Shown in pieces: positions 30,028 through 40,371 of a stretch of 64,000 bases of DNA. The stretch is from Candidatus Pelethomonas sp. (lineage in GTDB: Bacteria > Bacillota > Clostridia > Oscillospirales > Oscillospiraceae): assembly GCA_045658885.1 (NCBI GenBank), contig JAZOVU010000029.1, forward strand, positions 74,652-138,651, read 5' to 3'. The notes under the pieces are model-generated. The model worked only from the letters and a program-made list of their open reading frames with translations. It was not told where the DNA came from and ran no database searches. Every line of letters begins with the position of its first letter. Position 1 is the first letter of the stretch. Made by a program: the position numbers and the translations under genes.

Positions 30028-31413
30028 TTTCTTCGCCTGTTTTCCCATGACAGCGCGGATGGCCTCCCCGATATTGCCTGCTTCGAGAATCGTCAATCCC
30101 TCCACCATCGGTTGCTGGTTTCCACGGCATTTCGGAATCACACAGCGTTGGAAACCCAGCCGATGCACCTCAGCCAACCGCTGTTCCAAATGGTTGACAC
30201 TGCGTAATTCCCCCGTCAAACCGACTTCTCCGATGGCGACCACATCACTGGGAATCGCTGTATCCAGATAGCTCGATGCCATCGCAAGGACAGCGGAGAG
30301 GTCCGCAGCAGGTTCGTCCAAGGTCAGACCGCCGATAATATTGAGGTAGGCATCACACTGCGACACCTGCAAGCCCCCCCGCTTCTCCAACACCGCCAAC
30401 AACATGGCGGCGCGGTTGTAGTCAAAACCGTTACTGGAGCGTCGGGAAGTGCCGTAGGCGGATGGCGCAAGCAGAGCTTGCACCTCTGCCAAGACAGGGC
30501 GCACGCCCTCCATCACGCAGGTAACACAGGTCCCCGGGGTGTTGTCGGGACGACCTGCCAACAGCATCTGCGAGGGATTCTCTACCTCCGCCAGTCCGTC
30601 CGCCATCATTTCAAAGACACCAATCTCATTGGTTGCACCAAAACGATTTTTTGCAGCTCTTAAAATGCGGTAGGACATATGCTGGTCGCCCTCAAAGTAC
30701 AGCACACAGTCCACCATATGTTCCAACACTTTCGGACCAGCAATTGAGCCCTCCTTGTTGATATGGCCGATGACAAACACCGTAATATTTTTCCCCTTCG
30801 CCAGTTGCATGAGCGTCATCGTAGCATTTTTGACCTGTCCGATACTGCCAGGGGTGCTGTCCAACTCCACTTGGTACAAGGTCTGGATCGAGTCCACAAT
30901 CAAAATATCGGGCTTCTCCTGTTCCACAGACTGTAGGACATCGCCCAGATTACTCTCCGACAAAACGAACAGCCGTTCACTCCGTACACCTAACCGTTGG
31001 GCGCGCAATTTCAGTTGGCTGACGGACTCCTCGCCCGACACATAGAGGACTTTCGAGAAGGCACATAGGCTCTGACAAATCTGTAGCATCAGCGTAGATT
31101 TGCCGATACCTGGCGCACCACCGACCAACACCAACGACCCCTTGACAGCCCCACCGCCCAATACACGGTCCAGCTCTCCCATGCCAGTGGAAAATCTCGT
31201 TTCTTCTTCTGCCGTAATCTCTGGCAAGGAAATCGCCTTCACAGTATAAAACGGCGAAGCCGTCCTACCAGAAACACGGGAATGACCAAGTTGGACAGGA
31301 TGTTCCTGTTCTACCACCGTATTCCACGCGCCACAGGCAGGGCATCTGCCTGCCCACTTTGCCGTTTCATTGCCACATTCTGTGCAGTAAAAAACACTCT
31401 TTGCTTTTGCCAT
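30025..31413 (-). CDS. radA: DNA repair protein RadA/Sms
   Basis: FYCTECGNETAKWAGRCPACGAWNT zinc finger, Walker A GGAPGIGKST, KNRFG motif, and a Lon-like C-terminal domain. Start at MAKAKS has a GGAGAA RBS. Confidence 0.95.
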   Translation of the reverse strand: MAKAKSVFYCTECGNETAKWAGRCPACGAWNTVVEQEHPVQLGHSRVSGRTASPFYTVKAISLPEITAEEETRFSTGMGELDRVLGGGAVKGSLVLVGGAPGIGKSTLMLQICQSLCAFSKVLYVSGEESVSQLKLRAQRLGVRSERLFVLSESNLGDVLQSVEQEKPDILIVDSIQTLYQVELDSTPGSIGQVKNATMTLMQLAKGKNITVFVIGHINKEGSIAGPKVLEHMVDCVLYFEGDQHMSYRILRAAKNRFGATNEIGVFEMMADGLAEVENPSQMLLAGRPDNTPGTCVTCVMEGVRPVLAEVQALLAPSAYGTSRRSSNGFDYNRAAMLLAVLEKRGGLQVSQCDAYLNIIGGLTLDEPAADLSAVLAMASSYLDTAIPSDVVAIGEVGLTGELRSVNHLEQRLAEVHRLGFQRCVIPKCRGNQQPMVEGLTILEAGNIGEAIRAVMGKQAKK

Positions 31414-31445
31414 CTGCCGTTCTCCTTGTGATTGGTTTTCCCCCA

Positions 31446-32204
31446 TTATAACACATTTGTGGTCTGCTGAACAGCCGTATTTTCCCCAACGCGCAGGTAG
31501 TCGGTTATCGCACTGACAATACACACAGAGAGTTTCCGTTGATATTCCGCCGTTTTCAATAATTGGGTATCCGCTTCGTTGGAGAGAAAGCCACATTCGA
31601 TTAACACGGCAGGTATCGTCACCGATTTCATCAGATAACTGCTCCCCCCGATTGGTTTACTCTCTTTCGGTCGCCCTACATTCACCGTCTGATTCAACAC
31701 CATCTGCATGGCCTGTGCCAGTTCAGGACTTCCGCTATTCTCATTATAAAAGACCTGTGCACCACGGACACTCTTGGCGGCTGGCATACTGTTTTGATGA
31801 ATGCTGACGAGAATCCCATGCTCAACCGCGTTGCACAGCTCTACTCTGTTTTTCAAATCAGAAACTTTCTTTTCGCGTATCGTCTGTGCGGTATCGTCGT
31901 GAATGGAGATATCCTCCTGTCGGGTCATCACAACCTCCCAACCGAGCAACCGCGCTATCTCTGTCACGGTCGACGAAACTGCGAGATTGATATGGGATTC
32001 AATCGTGCCATCCGTGGCGACGGCTCCCCCATCTTCGCCCCCATGCCCAGGGTCGATAATCAATATCGGCACATTCTCGTCCACGAAAACATCTGCCGCT
32101 GTCTGGACAGATTCCCCTTGTCGTGTAATGAGCGCAAATGTCACAAGCAATGCCACAAGGCACAGTACATAATATATCGTCCATTTCCGAAATGTAATAA
32201 ACAA
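31446..32204 (-). CDS. cwlD: N-acetylmuramoyl-L-alanine amidase, CwlD-like (TTG start)
   Basis: N-terminal TM helix, IIDPGHGGEDGGAV, and the SIHQNS...ECGFLSN Amidase_3 pattern. Confidence 0.8.
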   Translation of the reverse strand: MFITFRKWTIYYVLCLVALLVTFALITRQGESVQTAADVFVDENVPILIIDPGHGGEDGGAVATDGTIESHINLAVSSTVTEIARLLGWEVVMTRQEDISIHDDTAQTIREKKVSDLKNRVELCNAVEHGILVSIHQNSMPAAKSVRGAQVFYNENSGSPELAQAMQMVLNQTVNVGRPKESKPIGGSSYLMKSVTIPAVLIECGFLSNEADTQLLKTAEYQRKLSVCIVSAITDYLRVGENTAVQQTTNVL

Positions 32205-32413
32205 ACCATCACCCCCCTCTACTCTATGCGATGCCCCCCACGATTATGTTTTGACACTACCTCCTTGTCATCTCGTCCCATTCACTATGTACCCGTCCGG
32301 GCGTATACATATTGATTGATAGCCTGCATGTTGAGTAGACTGCGGCTATTGTCTGTCAGCCAACCAGTTGGCTGATAATGGGAAACTTTTCTCTCAGCCT
32401 ACGCGTTCGCGTG

Positions 32414-32442
32414 TTGGAATAGATAAAATCCTGTGATATTAT
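32414..32442 (+). promoter_or_regulatory. candidate promoter for the cas operon
   Basis: TTGGAA, a 17-nt spacer, then TATTAT, located 34 nt upstream of the cas3 GTG. Confidence 0.4.
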
Positions 32443-32475
32443 TATAAAACCAAGAGAACAGGAGGAACGAAACAA

Positions 32476-34665
32476 GTGTATTACGCAAAATCAAAGCGAC
32501 AGGACGGATCTCAGCCTACCGTGGAAGAACATCTGGATGCTGTATCAGCACAGGCTGCGTTGTACGGCGATGAGGTCGGAATGAGGGAGCAGGCACGGGT
32601 CGCCGGGCTTGGACACGATTTAGGAAAGTGCGGTGAACGGTTCCAGAAAGTCTTAAAGCATGAACTGCAAAATATCGACCATGCCGTCAGCAGCGCAATA
32701 ATCCTCTACAGGATTTTCGGAAAGTCACCCCATGCGGCGCAGCGCACTGTGATCGAGGCTGTAAACGGTCATCACGATGGGCTGAGAAACTTTGAAACGG
32801 TGAAAGGACAGCAGCAATCCCTGACTACCGAAGAGGGAAAAACACCGTCTCTGCATGGTAGAGAGGAATACCAAAAAGCAGTTTCGTATTTTATGGAGAC
32901 ACACCTCATTGAAAACTTGAAAGTACCAAAATGGGATGTTCAGAAGGAAAACCTGGAGTCCATGCTTTGCACGCGGATGCTGTTTTCCTGTCTGGTAGAT
33001 GCAGATTACAGCATATCGGCTTGGGAGGATGATAAGACTTACTTTGATGCCACCAAATCACCGGAACTGGATACAGTGGCTGGGTTGGATGCGCTGTATG
33101 CCTATTGCGACGGGATTCGCAGAAATTCCAAGGCAAATGCCAGTGTGAATGCAATCAGAAATCAGGTGTTTGAAGTCTGCGGCGATTGCGGCGAGCGGGA
33201 GCCTGGTGGATTGTTTACACTGACAGCACCTACGGGAACCGGCAAGACTTTGGCACTGCTTCATTTTGCCCTTCGCCATGCCCGCGCCACAGGGAAACGG
33301 CGGATTATTATCGTGCTGCCCTTCCTTACTCTCGCAGAGCAAAATGCGGCGGTTTATGAAAAAATCATGCCCTCGGTTCTGGAGGATCACAGCCAGAGTC
33401 GCTTGGGCGAGGAAATGCAGGAGTTTGCGTCCAAGTGGAATATGCCTTTTATCATCACCACTTCCGTGAAGTTCTTTGAATCTCTCTTTGCCAGCAAACC
33501 AACAGATTGCCGAAAACTCCATAATCTGGCGCAAAGTGTTGTGATTTTCGATGAAGCCCACAGTCTGCCGCCACATCTGACCTGTGCGACAGTAAAGACG
33601 ATAAACGAACTGTGTGAGCGATATCAGGTGAGTATGGTGTTCTCTACAGCGACGCAGCCGAATTTTGACGCGATCCCTGACATGAGCTGGAAACCGAGAG
33701 AAATCCTGCCGAATCATGGGATGTATTATAACAATCTCCGCCGGGTAGCGGTGGATTGGCGGCTCCGAAACAGAACCCCTCTGACGGCCATTGCAGAGGA
33801 GATGCTGGAGCAGACCAGTGTCTGCGGTATTTTCAATCTGCGCCGCCATGCGCGGGAGGTTTTTGATAAGCTATATGCGCGTGATCCAGAATCGACATTC
33901 CTGATTTCCACGGACCTGTGCCCAGCACATCGACTTCAGATTGTTGAACAGATTCGCAAGCGTCTTGCAGAAGGTAAGTCCTGTCGGGTTGCCGCGACCC
34001 AATGTATCGAGGCCGGTGTGGACCTGGATTTTGAGGTTCTCTATCGGGCATTGGCTCCGTTGGATGCCATCATTCAGGCGGCGGGACGATGTAACCGGAA
34101 CGGAAAACAGTTGGGGCGGGTCATTGTGTTTGAGCCAGATGACAGGCGGCAATATCCCGATGACTGGTATTGCAACGCCGCGGAGCTGGTGAAGCGATTG
34201 TCGCTGGAGCAGGAGATTGACATCAACGACCCAAAACACATTCAAGAATATTACAGCGAGCTGTTTCAGGATACCAGAGATGCGAAACAGTTGACAAAAG
34301 CCATCCGGGAACGAGACTATGCACAGGTGGATCATCTCTACCGCCTGATTTCTGCCGAGGGAGAGAAGCTAATCGTTCCTTATGCAGGGATGCTCGTGGA
34401 ATACCGTTCTGTTTGTACAGAATTGAAAGAACATGGTATCACGCCAGGATTGATGAAGGCGGCAGCCCCTTTTACTATTACTGTCTTCGACCGGGGGAAT
34501 TTGAAGGATTTTGCGGAGCCGGTGTATTTCAGGAAAAATAGGAACCAAGAATGCGTTCCAAGCGGCTATTGGATTTTGCGGGCACAATACGAGAAGTGCT
34601 ATACAGAGGACGGTGGATTTAAGCTACCAGAGGAGCAAGCAGCTTATTTTGATTTCATCTATTGA
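32476..34665 (+). CDS. cas3: CRISPR-associated helicase/nuclease Cas3 (HD plus DEAH helicase), GTG start
   Basis: HD region GLGHDLGKCGERFQ...DH, Walker A APTGTGKT, and FDEAHS box. AGGAGG RBS upstream. Confidence 0.9.
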   Translation: MYYAKSKRQDGSQPTVEEHLDAVSAQAALYGDEVGMREQARVAGLGHDLGKCGERFQKVLKHELQNIDHAVSSAIILYRIFGKSPHAAQRTVIEAVNGHHDGLRNFETVKGQQQSLTTEEGKTPSLHGREEYQKAVSYFMETHLIENLKVPKWDVQKENLESMLCTRMLFSCLVDADYSISAWEDDKTYFDATKSPELDTVAGLDALYAYCDGIRRNSKANASVNAIRNQVFEVCGDCGEREPGGLFTLTAPTGTGKTLALLHFALRHARATGKRRIIIVLPFLTLAEQNAAVYEKIMPSVLEDHSQSRLGEEMQEFASKWNMPFIITTSVKFFESLFASKPTDCRKLHNLAQSVVIFDEAHSLPPHLTCATVKTINELCERYQVSMVFSTATQPNFDAIPDMSWKPREILPNHGMYYNNLRRVAVDWRLRNRTPLTAIAEEMLEQTSVCGIFNLRRHAREVFDKLYARDPESTFLISTDLCPAHRLQIVEQIRKRLAEGKSCRVAATQCIEAGVDLDFEVLYRALAPLDAIIQAAGRCNRNGKQLGRVIVFEPDDRRQYPDDWYCNAAELVKRLSLEQEIDINDPKHIQEYYSELFQDTRDAKQLTKAIRERDYAQVDHLYRLISAEGEKLIVPYAGMLVEYRSVCTELKEHGITPGLMKAAAPFTITVFDRGNLKDFAEPVYFRKNRNQECVPSGYWILRAQYEKCYTEDGGFKLPEEQAAYFDFIY

Positions 34666-34821
34666 CAAATCGTTGTGCGCTAAATATAATAAATATGACA
34701 CAAGAAAAATTTCTTGTGCGCCCAGTACGCTGATACGCTTGTTGGGCGGGGATTGAAAAGTATTGATTATTTTTGCCCCTGTGAGATACATGGGGGCGCA
34801 AATAGAATCGGAGGTGACAGT

Positions 34822-35469
34822 TTGGAAGTTACAATTGAAGTGTGGGGCGATTTTGCGTGTTACAGTCCCCCACAAAGCAAAGTGGAAAGAATGACCTATC
34901 CATTTCCTACGCCATCGGCGGCAAGAGGTATTCTTTCGTCAATTTACTCGAAACCGAACGAATTTTATTGGCAGGTATGCCGCATCGAAGTCCTAAATCC
35001 CATCCAGTATATCTCCTTCAAGCGTAACGAAGTGAAGGTGAAAGTATCGGATACCCCCATCTACACGGATGAGGAACGGACCCAGCGGCAGACCGTTGCC
35101 CTGAAGGATGTCCGCTATCGCATCACGGCACAAATCATTCCCCGGAAGGGCTTTGATGGGAGTGTCAAGCAGCTCTATGAGCAGGCTATGCGGCGCATTC
35201 GTACAGGTAAGTGTTTCCTGCAGCCAAGTTTGGGCTGCAAGGAATTTGTAGCCTATTTTGAGGAGAGCGATGGGTCCCGCCAGCCCATTGATGTGAGTAT
35301 GGATATAGGCTGGATGGTTTACGATGTATTTGATCTGCATGATTTTTCCGTCAGCAAAAAGGCCAAGCCAAAGCTATCGCTGTACCATGCGGTCATGGAA
35401 CACGGTGTCATTGATGTACCCCCCTATGACAGTCCGGAGGTCGTGAAGGGAGGGGACGCAAAATGCTGA
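34822..35469 (+). CDS. cas5: Cas5c (Cas5d) pre-crRNA endoribonuclease, TTG start
   Basis: EVWGDFACYSPPQSKVERMTYPFPTPSAARGILSSIY is a Cas5d-type N-terminus. GGAGGTGA RBS lies before the TTG at 34822. Confidence 0.85.
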   Translation: MEVTIEVWGDFACYSPPQSKVERMTYPFPTPSAARGILSSIYSKPNEFYWQVCRIEVLNPIQYISFKRNEVKVKVSDTPIYTDEERTQRQTVALKDVRYRITAQIIPRKGFDGSVKQLYEQAMRRIRTGKCFLQPSLGCKEFVAYFEESDGSRQPIDVSMDIGWMVYDVFDLHDFSVSKKAKPKLSLYHAVMEHGVIDVPPYDSPEVVKGGDAKC

Positions 35470-37241
35470 ATGCACTGTACGATTATGCCGTGCGTCATGA
35501 ACTGTCCCTGCCTGATGGCTACGCAAAAAAGACCGTGGCAGTATATATCTCTTTTTCCAGTCACGCGGATGACTATGTGGGGATTCACAAGGGCGATGAT
35601 TGGGAAATTCCCTGCCCGGATATTGGAAGTCTCGCCAACGGAAAAGAGAAAAGCAATATCATTGTAGAAAAGCGGAGTGTCGTAATCCCTGACGAAGAAA
35701 ATGCGAAAAGCATCTTTTTTCGCAATGCTCTGGTGGAGTTTGGACAAGTGGAGCCGGATGCTGCGCTTTGTGCAGAAAAGTTGTCCAACGCAGACATTTT
35801 GGAGCAAATCCGGAAGAGACTGGATGTCAAGCCCACTAACCGTGTATCGTTTATGGTAGACGGACGCAAGCTCCATAACAGTCCTCATCTGCTGGAATGG
35901 TGGAAAAAATGGAGACAAGGGATTATGCCACCGAAAAAGGGCGATCTGGCTCCCTGTCTGATCACCGGCGAGCTGACCACACCTATGGCAACGGCTCCCT
36001 CGGTCAAGGGACTGCGTGTGGTTGGCGGTCACGCCAGCGGCGATGCGCTGATCTGCTTTGATAAGCCCGCTTTCTGCTCCTATGGACAGAAACAAGCGGC
36101 TAATGCTCCTGTTTCGGAAACGGCAATGGGTGCGGTGAAGGCTGCTCTGGACGAGCTGATCTCTGATGCCCCTATCCTCTGTGGTATGAAATTTGTCCAT
36201 TGGTACGACCAGGATATCGAAACGGAAAATGACCCATTCTTCGATGTGAATTTTTTTGGTCTTGGCAATCCAGACCAGAAGGACGACGAGGATGAGGAGG
36301 CGGATGATAACGATACAGCCGAAAGGGAAATTGCTGCACGGATCCGGGCTGATCAGGTGATTGCGTCCGTCAAGACCGGAACAACGGCGGGAACACTGGA
36401 TGCTATCTATCACATTCTGCTGCTGTCAGGTGTAGGAGGACGCGTGATGGTTCGCCGGTATGAGATGGGTGAATACGAGACCCTCCAAAAAAATCTGGAT
36501 AAGTGGAATCGTGATCTGGCACTGGTACATCCCTATGCGCAGGGGCTCTGCAAACCACTGAAGCTGACCGGGCGGCTGATTCGCTTGCTGAAATATCAGA
36601 AGAATGACCGAAAAATTTTTGAGCGACTGGGAAAAGAACTGTCCGGCATTACGCCTGCGGTTCTGACCGCAATTTTGGGTGGCGGAAGGTTGCCGGATGC
36701 GGTTGCTATACGGGCGTTGTCGTATATTCGCTCAAAGATGCTTTCCGATGATGAAGAACAGAATAACGATAATCTGGACGGCTGGGCTTGCCAATGGCTG
36801 AAGGTCTGGCTGCTGCGTAACCATGAAAGGAGCGAGGAACACTTGAACGAATATTACAATCCCAATCACCCGGAGCCTGCATACCACTGCGGCGCAGCTA
36901 TGGCAGTCTACGGCGAAATTCAGCATAAAGCTATGCCGGAAGTGAATGTGAACATGGCCCAACGCTTTTATGCATCCTGTATCCAGACACCCGCTCTGGT
37001 GCTAGGTCGATTGAGCCACATGAGTATCCATCATCTTGCAAAGATTGAGAATAAATTCTACCAGGACCTCTATCAGAAGTTGCTGGAGCAGGTACATACT
37101 GCGATTGGCCCCATGGTCCCCACGACTTTGAACCTGGAGAAACAGTCCTATTTCGCTCTGGGTTACTACCAGATGTATGCGAAGATGCGTCAGGACCGCA
37201 TCGAAGCTGCCAATAAAAAGAACGCACAGGAGGATGCATAA
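35463..37241 (+). CDS. cas8c: Cas8c (Csd1) large subunit
   Basis: 592 aa between cas5c and cas7c. N-terminus MLNALYDYAVRHEL is Csd1-like. Position in the operon is diagnostic for type I-C. Confidence 0.82.
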   Translation: MLNALYDYAVRHELSLPDGYAKKTVAVYISFSSHADDYVGIHKGDDWEIPCPDIGSLANGKEKSNIIVEKRSVVIPDEENAKSIFFRNALVEFGQVEPDAALCAEKLSNADILEQIRKRLDVKPTNRVSFMVDGRKLHNSPHLLEWWKKWRQGIMPPKKGDLAPCLITGELTTPMATAPSVKGLRVVGGHASGDALICFDKPAFCSYGQKQAANAPVSETAMGAVKAALDELISDAPILCGMKFVHWYDQDIETENDPFFDVNFFGLGNPDQKDDEDEEADDNDTAEREIAARIRADQVIASVKTGTTAGTLDAIYHILLLSGVGGRVMVRRYEMGEYETLQKNLDKWNRDLALVHPYAQGLCKPLKLTGRLIRLLKYQKNDRKIFERLGKELSGITPAVLTAILGGGRLPDAVAIRALSYIRSKMLSDDEEQNNDNLDGWACQWLKVWLLRNHERSEEHLNEYYNPNHPEPAYHCGAAMAVYGEIQHKAMPEVNVNMAQRFYASCIQTPALVLGRLSHMSIHHLAKIENKFYQDLYQKLLEQVHTAIGPMVPTTLNLEKQSYFALGYYQMYAKMRQDRIEAANKKNAQEDA

Positions 37242-38237
37242 ATGGCTATCAAGAACCGCTACGAATTCATGTACTATGTCGCCTGCACCAACTGCAATCC
37301 CAACGGCGACCCGGATATGGGCAACACGCCCCGCATCGATCCCCAGACCATGCATGGCTATCTGACCGATGTTTCCACCAAGCGGCGTATCCGCAATTAT
37401 GTCCAGACCGCCTACGGAGACGAAGACGGTATGGAGATCATCATTCAGCAGTCCACCAACATCAACCGCCATATCGCCCGGGCCAAGCGCGAAGCGGGCT
37501 TTGAGGATTGCGCCAAGGGTACGGATGCTGTCTATGCCGGCCGTCGGAAGGCCTGTGAGCTGTTCTATGATGTGCGTACATTTGGTGCCGTCATGTCCAC
37601 CGGTCCCAATGCCGGTCAGGTTCGTGGTCCCGTCCAGATCGCCTTTGGCAAGAGCCTGGACCCCATCCTGCCCCTTGATATCTCCATCACCCGTGTTGCA
37701 ACCGCTGAAAAAGCAGGTAATGATACGCTGGAAGATTATCTGGAGCAGGAGGCAAATGCCTCTGAGGATAAGCTGCGTACCATGGGTCGCAAGCAGATTA
37801 TCCCCTTTGGCTTGTACGAAGTCCGTGGCTTTATCAGCGCCAATCTGGCTGGAGAGACCGGCTTCGATGACAACGACCTGAAGGTTCTTTTTGAAGCAAT
37901 CCTGAATATGTACGAGCATGACCACTCCGCCAGTAAGGGCGAGATGGCTGTTGTTTCTCCCCTCATCATCTTCAAGCATGTCGGCACCGATTCCGATGAA
38001 AAGCAGCGCATCCGCCAGGCAAAATTGGGCTGCGCCCCTGCCCATCGACTGTTCGATTTGGTTAAAGTGGAAAAGAAAGCTGATGTGGCTTATCCCAGAA
38101 GCTACCATGACTATGTTGCAACTGTGGATCTGGAGCACATCCCTGCAGGTGTGGAAATCGGCTTCCAGACCGATGCCTTCAGCTGCATCACCTGGAATAG
38201 GCTTCCCACGGGAGAGAAGTGGTTCAACCATGGATGA
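37242..38237 (+). CDS. cas7: Cas7c (Csd2) backbone subunit
   Basis: NRYEFMYYVACTNCNPNGDPDMGNTPRID is the typical Csd2/Cas7 N-terminus. Confidence 0.9.
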   Translation: MAIKNRYEFMYYVACTNCNPNGDPDMGNTPRIDPQTMHGYLTDVSTKRRIRNYVQTAYGDEDGMEIIIQQSTNINRHIARAKREAGFEDCAKGTDAVYAGRRKACELFYDVRTFGAVMSTGPNAGQVRGPVQIAFGKSLDPILPLDISITRVATAEKAGNDTLEDYLEQEANASEDKLRTMGRKQIIPFGLYEVRGFISANLAGETGFDDNDLKVLFEAILNMYEHDHSASKGEMAVVSPLIIFKHVGTDSDEKQRIRQAKLGCAPAHRLFDLVKVEKKADVAYPRSYHDYVATVDLEHIPAGVEIGFQTDAFSCITWNRLPTGEKWFNHG

Positions 38238-38892
38238 TTGGGAATCGCTCCCTCTGTCACGGCTTGCCCACGCAGGCTACTGCCTGCGTCGGGCAGCCCT
38301 GCTGACCAATGAACAGCTTTGGCAAGAAAATGCCGATACCGCAAAGGGACGGGAGGCTCATAAACGGGTCCATACCAACAGGATCGAGCGGCGCGGCGAG
38401 CATCTGCAGCTTTTTGAATACGATGTTTTTTCCAAGAAACTGAACATCGGTGGAAAATGTGACTGTATTGAGGCAACAAGGGATGACGCAGGTTGCTTTA
38501 TCCCGTCGGCAGAGTTTGCAGTGCGTTTGTATCCTGTAGAATACAAAAACGGAAAGCTTCGGGACGAAGAGGAGTACGAACTTCAGCTCTGCGCGCAAGC
38601 CATGTGTCTGGAAGAAATGTATGACACGACTATCCCGGAAGGTGCCATTTTTTATATCAGTTCCCACCGTAGAAAAACGGTAGAATTTACGGACGAGTTG
38701 CGTGAGCAGGTTCGTGATACTGTACAGAAACTGGAGGACATTCGCCGCAACTATTCCATTCCGCCAGCAGTTTCCGGCCCGAAATGTAAGCGTTGCTCCC
38801 TCCGCGAGCTTTGCCTTCCAGATGCCGCCCAATCCGCAAAAAAATACTGCGACAAACTCGCAAATGAAGCGATGGGGGTGGATGCTCTGTGA
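38230..38892 (+). CDS. cas4: Cas4 RecB-like exonuclease
   Basis: N-terminal Cys (GYCLRRA), a D...EYK nuclease core (PVEYKNGK), and C-terminal CKRCSLRELC, giving the four-Cys Fe-S pattern. Overlaps the cas7 end by 8 nt. Confidence 0.9.
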   Translation: MDDWESLPLSRLAHAGYCLRRAALLTNEQLWQENADTAKGREAHKRVHTNRIERRGEHLQLFEYDVFSKKLNIGGKCDCIEATRDDAGCFIPSAEFAVRLYPVEYKNGKLRDEEEYELQLCAQAMCLEEMYDTTIPEGAIFYISSHRRKTVEFTDELREQVRDTVQKLEDIRRNYSIPPAVSGPKCKRCSLRELCLPDAAQSAKKYCDKLANEAMGVDAL

Positions 38893-39914
38893 AAAAGCTT
38901 CTGGAAACCATGTACATCACTACACCGGATAGCTATGCTTTTTTGCGCAACGAAAATATCTGCGTAGAAGTTGGCGGTGAAGAGCGGGCATCTGTCCCGG
39001 CATCTCAGGTGGATTCCATCGTGTTCATCGGAAAAAATACCGTATCTACCGCACTGATGGCCTTTTGCGGCAAGCATGATATTACCCTGAGCTTTATCGG
39101 CATACACGGAGAGTTCTGCGGACGGGTCTGCGGCCCGGTCAGCGGAAATGTACTCCTTCGCAAAAAACAATATGAGAGCTTGCATGATACCAAATTTGTA
39201 TCTACAACGGTTCGGAATATTCTTTATGGTAAAATCCGAAACGGTAAAGATGTTCTCTTGCGGTATGCTCGCAACGCAGCGAAATCCAAGAATGCCGATG
39301 TGCTGTATGCTGCAGCAGAAAAGCTCGGCGGTATGGCAAAGATGCTGTCTGAGACGGATAATGTGGATATTATGCGCGGCATCGAGGGTGCTGCAGCCAA
39401 CGCCTATTTCTCTGTATTTGACAATATGATTGATGGAAAGAACGGCTTTGTCTTTGACACAAGAAGCAAACGACCTCCCAGAAATGAAGTCAATGCAGTT
39501 CTGTCTTTTGTATACACGCTGATGACCCACGATTGCGTCTCTGCATTGGAGACGGTAGGCTTGGACCCCGCAGCAGGATATCTGCATACACTCCGGCCTG
39601 GACGCGCCTCCTTTGCATTGGATATGATGGAAGAATTGCGTTCGCCCCTGTGTGACAGGTTCGTCATCAGTCTCCTTCATAAAGGACAGCTATCCAAGAA
39701 GGATTTCAACAGCGAGGGTGATGCAGTCTGGCTCAATGAAAAAGGACGACGAACTGTTCTTTCTGCGTGGCGGGAACGCAAGCGGGAGGAAATCACGCAT
39801 CCGTTCTTCAAGGAGAAGATACAGATTGGCTTGATTCCCTATACACAGGCGATGCTCTTTGCCCGGGTTCTGCGTGGGGATCTGGATCTGTATCCTCCCT
39901 TTGTGTGGAGGTGA
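38889..39914 (+). CDS. cas1: Cas1 integrase (type I-C), GTG start overlapping the cas4 stop
   Basis: Conserved Cas1 core (EGAAANAYF...RPPRNEVNAVLSF...GYLH). 341 aa. Confidence 0.95.
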   Translation: MKKLLETMYITTPDSYAFLRNENICVEVGGEERASVPASQVDSIVFIGKNTVSTALMAFCGKHDITLSFIGIHGEFCGRVCGPVSGNVLLRKKQYESLHDTKFVSTTVRNILYGKIRNGKDVLLRYARNAAKSKNADVLYAAAEKLGGMAKMLSETDNVDIMRGIEGAAANAYFSVFDNMIDGKNGFVFDTRSKRPPRNEVNAVLSFVYTLMTHDCVSALETVGLDPAAGYLHTLRPGRASFALDMMEELRSPLCDRFVISLLHKGQLSKKDFNSEGDAVWLNEKGRRTVLSAWRERKREEITHPFFKEKIQIGLIPYTQAMLFARVLRGDLDLYPPFVWR

Positions 39915-39918
39915 GGGT

Positions 39919-40209
39919 ATGCTGATGCTTGTAACATATGATGTCAATACTACCACGCCTGCCGGAGCCAAAAGACTTCGCCAAGTGGCGAAGCTCTGTG
40001 AAAAATATGGAATTCGTGTCCAAAATTCTGTTTTTGAGGTGCTGGTGGATGGAGCGCAGCTTGTGAAACTGAAAGCGAAGCTGTCAGAACTGATCGATGA
40101 AGATGAGGATTCCGTCAGACTCTATCGTCTGGGCAATTCTTATGAACACAAAATCGAAACGATGGGTCGTGTACCGCTGATTCAAACCGGTGGTTCTATA
40201 ATCCTCTGA
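39919..40209 (+). CDS. cas2: Cas2
   Basis: MLMLVTYDV...RLRQVAKLCEKYGIRVQNSVFE. 96 aa. Confidence 0.95.
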   Translation: MLMLVTYDVNTTTPAGAKRLRQVAKLCEKYGIRVQNSVFEVLVDGAQLVKLKAKLSELIDEDEDSVRLYRLGNSYEHKIETMGRVPLIQTGGSIIL

Positions 40210-40371
40210 CTGCGCAGATATTCCCCAACCACAAAACTCTGGGAGATCGGCGCAGAAAATAACATCTTTTCAGCATTGGACTGCGAATTGATATCTTTCC
40301 ATTTTGTATATAGCACACAAAATATTGCTGTTACTTATGCGGTACGATGACATTTTTTGTGCATTTGTGCC
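40210..40371 (+). promoter_or_regulatory. CRISPR leader
   Basis: A 162-nt non-coding, relatively AT-rich stretch lies between the cas2 stop and the first repeat. This is the usual type I-C layout. Confidence 0.5.
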
